DNA of 63,098 nt, the filler included. It is 12 parts of 12 records of this genome, joined end to end, with 100 filler letters (N's around TTAATTAATTAA, not from the genome) between each part and the next. Parts side by side here need not be neighbours in the genome. Positions count along the whole stretch, not along the records: positions 60,039 to 63,098 come from SRR7504441_8808; 11 more parts are not named here. One strand, 5' to 3'. This document shows, in pieces, positions 60,046 through 63,098 of this stretch. A program made the translations under genes and the position numbers. The notes beneath the pieces were generated by a model. It ran no database searches, had not been told where the DNA came from, and saw only the letters and a program-made list of their open reading frames with translations. Every line of letters begins with the position of its first letter. The stretch's first letter is position 1.

Positions 60046-62941
60046 ATGCGGCGCGCGGCACGATTAGTCTGGCTGGTGGCCCGAGTGTGGGCCGAGCTGC
60101 TGCTGGACGGCCCGGACTGGCGGCTCTCCAACGGTTCAGTCAGCCTGCCCGGCCGCGTGCCCGGCTCGGTGCCGGAGGCGCTGTTCGCTGCCGGAATGGC
60201 CGAGGACCCGGAGTTTGGGTACGCCCAGCAGGCGGTGCTGGCCCGGAGCACCAGCCAGACCTGGCGGTACGGCCGGCGGTTCAACGACCCGTGTGGGCCG
60301 GCTGGCCGGTGCGAGCTGGTGCTTGACGGGGTGGACACGGCCGCCACGGTGAGGCTGAACAACGTGACGGTCGGCCGGGCGAATAACATGCACGTCCGGT
60401 GGGTATGGGACGTCACTGCTGCGATGCGGCCGACCAACTGGCTCGAGATCGAGATCGAACCTGCCACGGCGTACGCGGCCCGACAGGCGGCCAGTCACGG
60501 CGATCCAAACTGTACCAAGCATTCTCGCAACTACTGGCCCGCCAAGTGGGGGCACGGCACTGGCTGCCTGAGCTACGTGCGCAAGAACACGGGCTCATTC
60601 GGCTGGGACTGCGCTGCGGCGTATGTGGGGCAGGCTGTGTGGAAGTCTGTGCGTGTGCGGCTGGTGGCGCCGGCCTTGATAGATGAGCTGGTGCCGCTGA
60701 TCAGCGGAGCGGTGGACCCGGCCCGACCGGAGATGAATAGCTTCGTTGTGCGGGCCCGAGTCTTGATCAGCGTGGCAGCGTTGAGCAACGCGACGCTGAC
60801 TGTGGCCGGCGACTGGGGCGGGAGCAAGAGCGTGGCTGTGCAGCTGCAGCCACGACCCACTGGGCAGAAGCCGCAGGAGGTAGAGCTATCCCTGACAGTC
60901 CAAAATGTGTCGCTGTGGTGGCCCCGAGGCCAAGGGGCACAGCGCCTGTACAACCTCACGGCGACGCTCGAGTCGGGCACAGGGCGCATATCACGCAGCT
61001 CAAAGACAATCGGCTTCCGTACATTCGAGTTTGTCGGTTCGGTGGGCAACCACACAGGCACGGCGGGCGAAGGTCGGCTGTTCTTCCGCGTTAATGGGAG
61101 GCCCATCTATGCGATTGGGCACAACTGGATGCCGAGTTCGGTGCTCTTAGCAGAGACGCCAGAGTTGGAGTCTCGGGTGGTGGCCAGGCTGCAGGATGCG
61201 GTGGCCGTGGGGGCAAACACTATCAGAGTGTGGGGCGGTGGCATCTATGAAATCGATACGTTCTACGCGACAGCCGACAGGCTAGGGCTGATGGTGATGC
61301 AAGATGGAAGCTTCTTTGGCAACTACCCCTCGTACAATGGCTTCATGCAGCTGGTCAAGCTAGAGATCGAGCAAAATGCTCGTCGATTGGCCGGACACCC
61401 GTCGCTGGTAGTCTTCTCGGGTAACAACGAAGGGTCGGTCTTTGGCAACATACCGCTATTTGTCGGCGCTGAGCTTGGGACTATGCAGCGAGAGAACAGT
61501 GCGCTGCGTTCAGCTGACAGACTGATTAGTGGGCAGGCAATGTGGCTCTATACCCTTCGTGCCCGTCTGTGGGCTGGCGCACTACAACACCGCTGGTGCC
61601 ACGGCCAGGATACCAGACCGACATCCCGGCGTGTAGCGAGGCTGATGGCTTGGAGCCTTGCCCGCACGACACGCACTACTACGGTCCATGTGGTACAATA
61701 CCCAAAGGGACGCATTTCGGGTGCCTTGCTCTCACTGATTTGCTGTTACTGCAGCTGACAGGTCTGAATTTGGTTGGCCGTCAGCGGACATCATGCACGT
61801 GTCTGACAGCATCACCCCAAAGGGCCTAGACCGGCTCAGATTTCCAGGCTTGCCAGCTTAGTCAACTGGATCCGATCCCAGGGCTGTGCAGGATCGTCAA
61901 CCTTTCTGGATTACCGGAGCCAGATTAGAAACCCACTGGTGCGCCGTTCGGCCTGTGTGAGCCGACTGGTTGTGCTGGCAGTGGACGGTCGAGTCAATGC
62001 TTTATTCTAATTCGACCCTTGTTCGCGAGCTGCCCACGCTCCTGAGTTCAGCTGACAACAACACGCGGGCCGGTCTGGACCGCTGGCTGTACCTTACTCA
62101 GGTTCTGCAAGCCAAGTGCGTCGGCACCTCTGTGAGTGCATACCGGCAGCACGCTCGCATCATGGGCAACCTGAACTGGGCGATTAACTCTATCTGGCTT
62201 GGGCCCGCCTGGGGGAGTGTCAGTGCGGATGGCAGCTGGAAGATGCTCCACTACAGGTTTAAGCAACTGTTTGCGCCAGTGCTGTTGTCTTTCGTCGCCC
62301 CGGTGCTGCCAAGTGACTATCGCACCGCCCCGGAGCCGAGCTCCTGCCTAGCCAATCAGACCTGCTTGCACCTCTCGAACCACAGGCGCCAACCCGTCAG
62401 CGGTCACTGTCAGCTAGTGGTGCAAGACTACGCTCGAGGCCATGCAAGGCACATTGAGCGGGTCACGGCGACGGTTGCTGCTGGAGCCGGGGCTAGCTTA
62501 GCGACGTATCTGACCAGCGAGCTGCTGAACAGGGCGCAGTGCGGTGCTCATCAGTGCTATTTTACAGCCAGCTGCAGCCTGGGTCAGCAGCTGGTGGAAG
62601 CGCTCCCAGACTTCCCAGGCAAGCTCGCGCATGCTGAATTAAAGCCGTCGCACCTTCGGATGCAAGTCCGAACGCTGGATCAAAATGGGCGAGGATTTCT
62701 CATCAGCCTCGGATCCAACACGACTGTCCCAGACGTCTTCATTACGAGCGCTGGCATCGCTGGTAGGCTCAGCGAAAATGCATTTCTCTTGGCTCCAGGC
62801 AAGCTGCGAAACGTGACATTTGTGGCGGGTCAAGCTGTCTCATTAGCTGATTTCTTGCGCAGCCTTTGCGTGTACACTCTCAACGATAAAGTTCCCACCA
62901 GGTACCATGCAACGACCGTCACAAATGATCGCCAGCTGTAG
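60046..62941 (+). CDS. GH2 beta-mannosidase, several mini-introns in 61500-61980
   Basis: LDGVDTAATVRLN, RKNTGSFGWD, LWWPRGQGAQRLY, GHNWMP, NTIRVWGGGIYE, HPSLVVFSGNNE, WKMLHY. Confidence 0.9.
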
Positions 62942-63098
62942 CTTAATGCAGGTATACTCGTACTACGAGTACATGTACATGTAAAAGCAAACGAAATAGG
63001 ACGTACTTCTGCGCCTATCAACATCTGGGATCAGCGATGCGTTTTGTTGCTCGAGCGCTACTCGATTTAATGTTATGTGGTGGGGGTTGACTCACTCG

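Noticed and set aside
1-63098. rRNA, tRNA, CRISPR arrays, telomeric repeats; taxonomic assignment
   Set aside because: None recognised by eye (tRNAscan and Infernal not run); no marker here allows a defensible lineage call.

Overview
Eukaryotic (protist-like) draft or metagenome-assembled DNA. The window is 12 unrelated contigs joined by artificial 100-nt N44-TTAATTAATTAA-N44 linkers, so synteny across linkers is meaningless. The genome is very compact. Head-to-head gene pairs are only about 30-135 nt apart. Most genes are split by tiny spliceosomal introns (mostly 35-46 nt), some with GC donors, which explains the fragmented ORF track. Recognisable genes: secreted carotenoid-oxygenase family enzyme, PA/S41 membrane protein, JMJD6, FAD monooxygenase, DUF4832-like protein, ankyrin, EF-hand, sulfotransferase-like, polycystin-2-like channel, PAN/coiled-coil, modular PKS fragment, SPPL protease, SLC10A7-like and FLVCR-like transporters, class-3 lipase, ARM protein, DOT1-like methyltransferase, RCC1-BTB, class II cAMP phosphodiesterase, bacterial-type homoserine dehydrogenase and GH2 beta-mannosidase. 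Most notable observations: (1) the RCC1-BTB gene appears to be gaining introns, with one intron made by tandem duplication of coding DNA, one by duplication plus filler, and two families of near-identical introns at non-homologous sites; (2) an intron-containing two-gene tyrosine-recombinase (Crypton-like) element; (3) two apparently intact genes with no AUG but an in-frame ACG in Kozak-like context; (4) a recurrent YAACGG promoter motif and a TACTCGTA 3'-region motif. All gene models were spliced by eye and the organism cannot be identified from this window.
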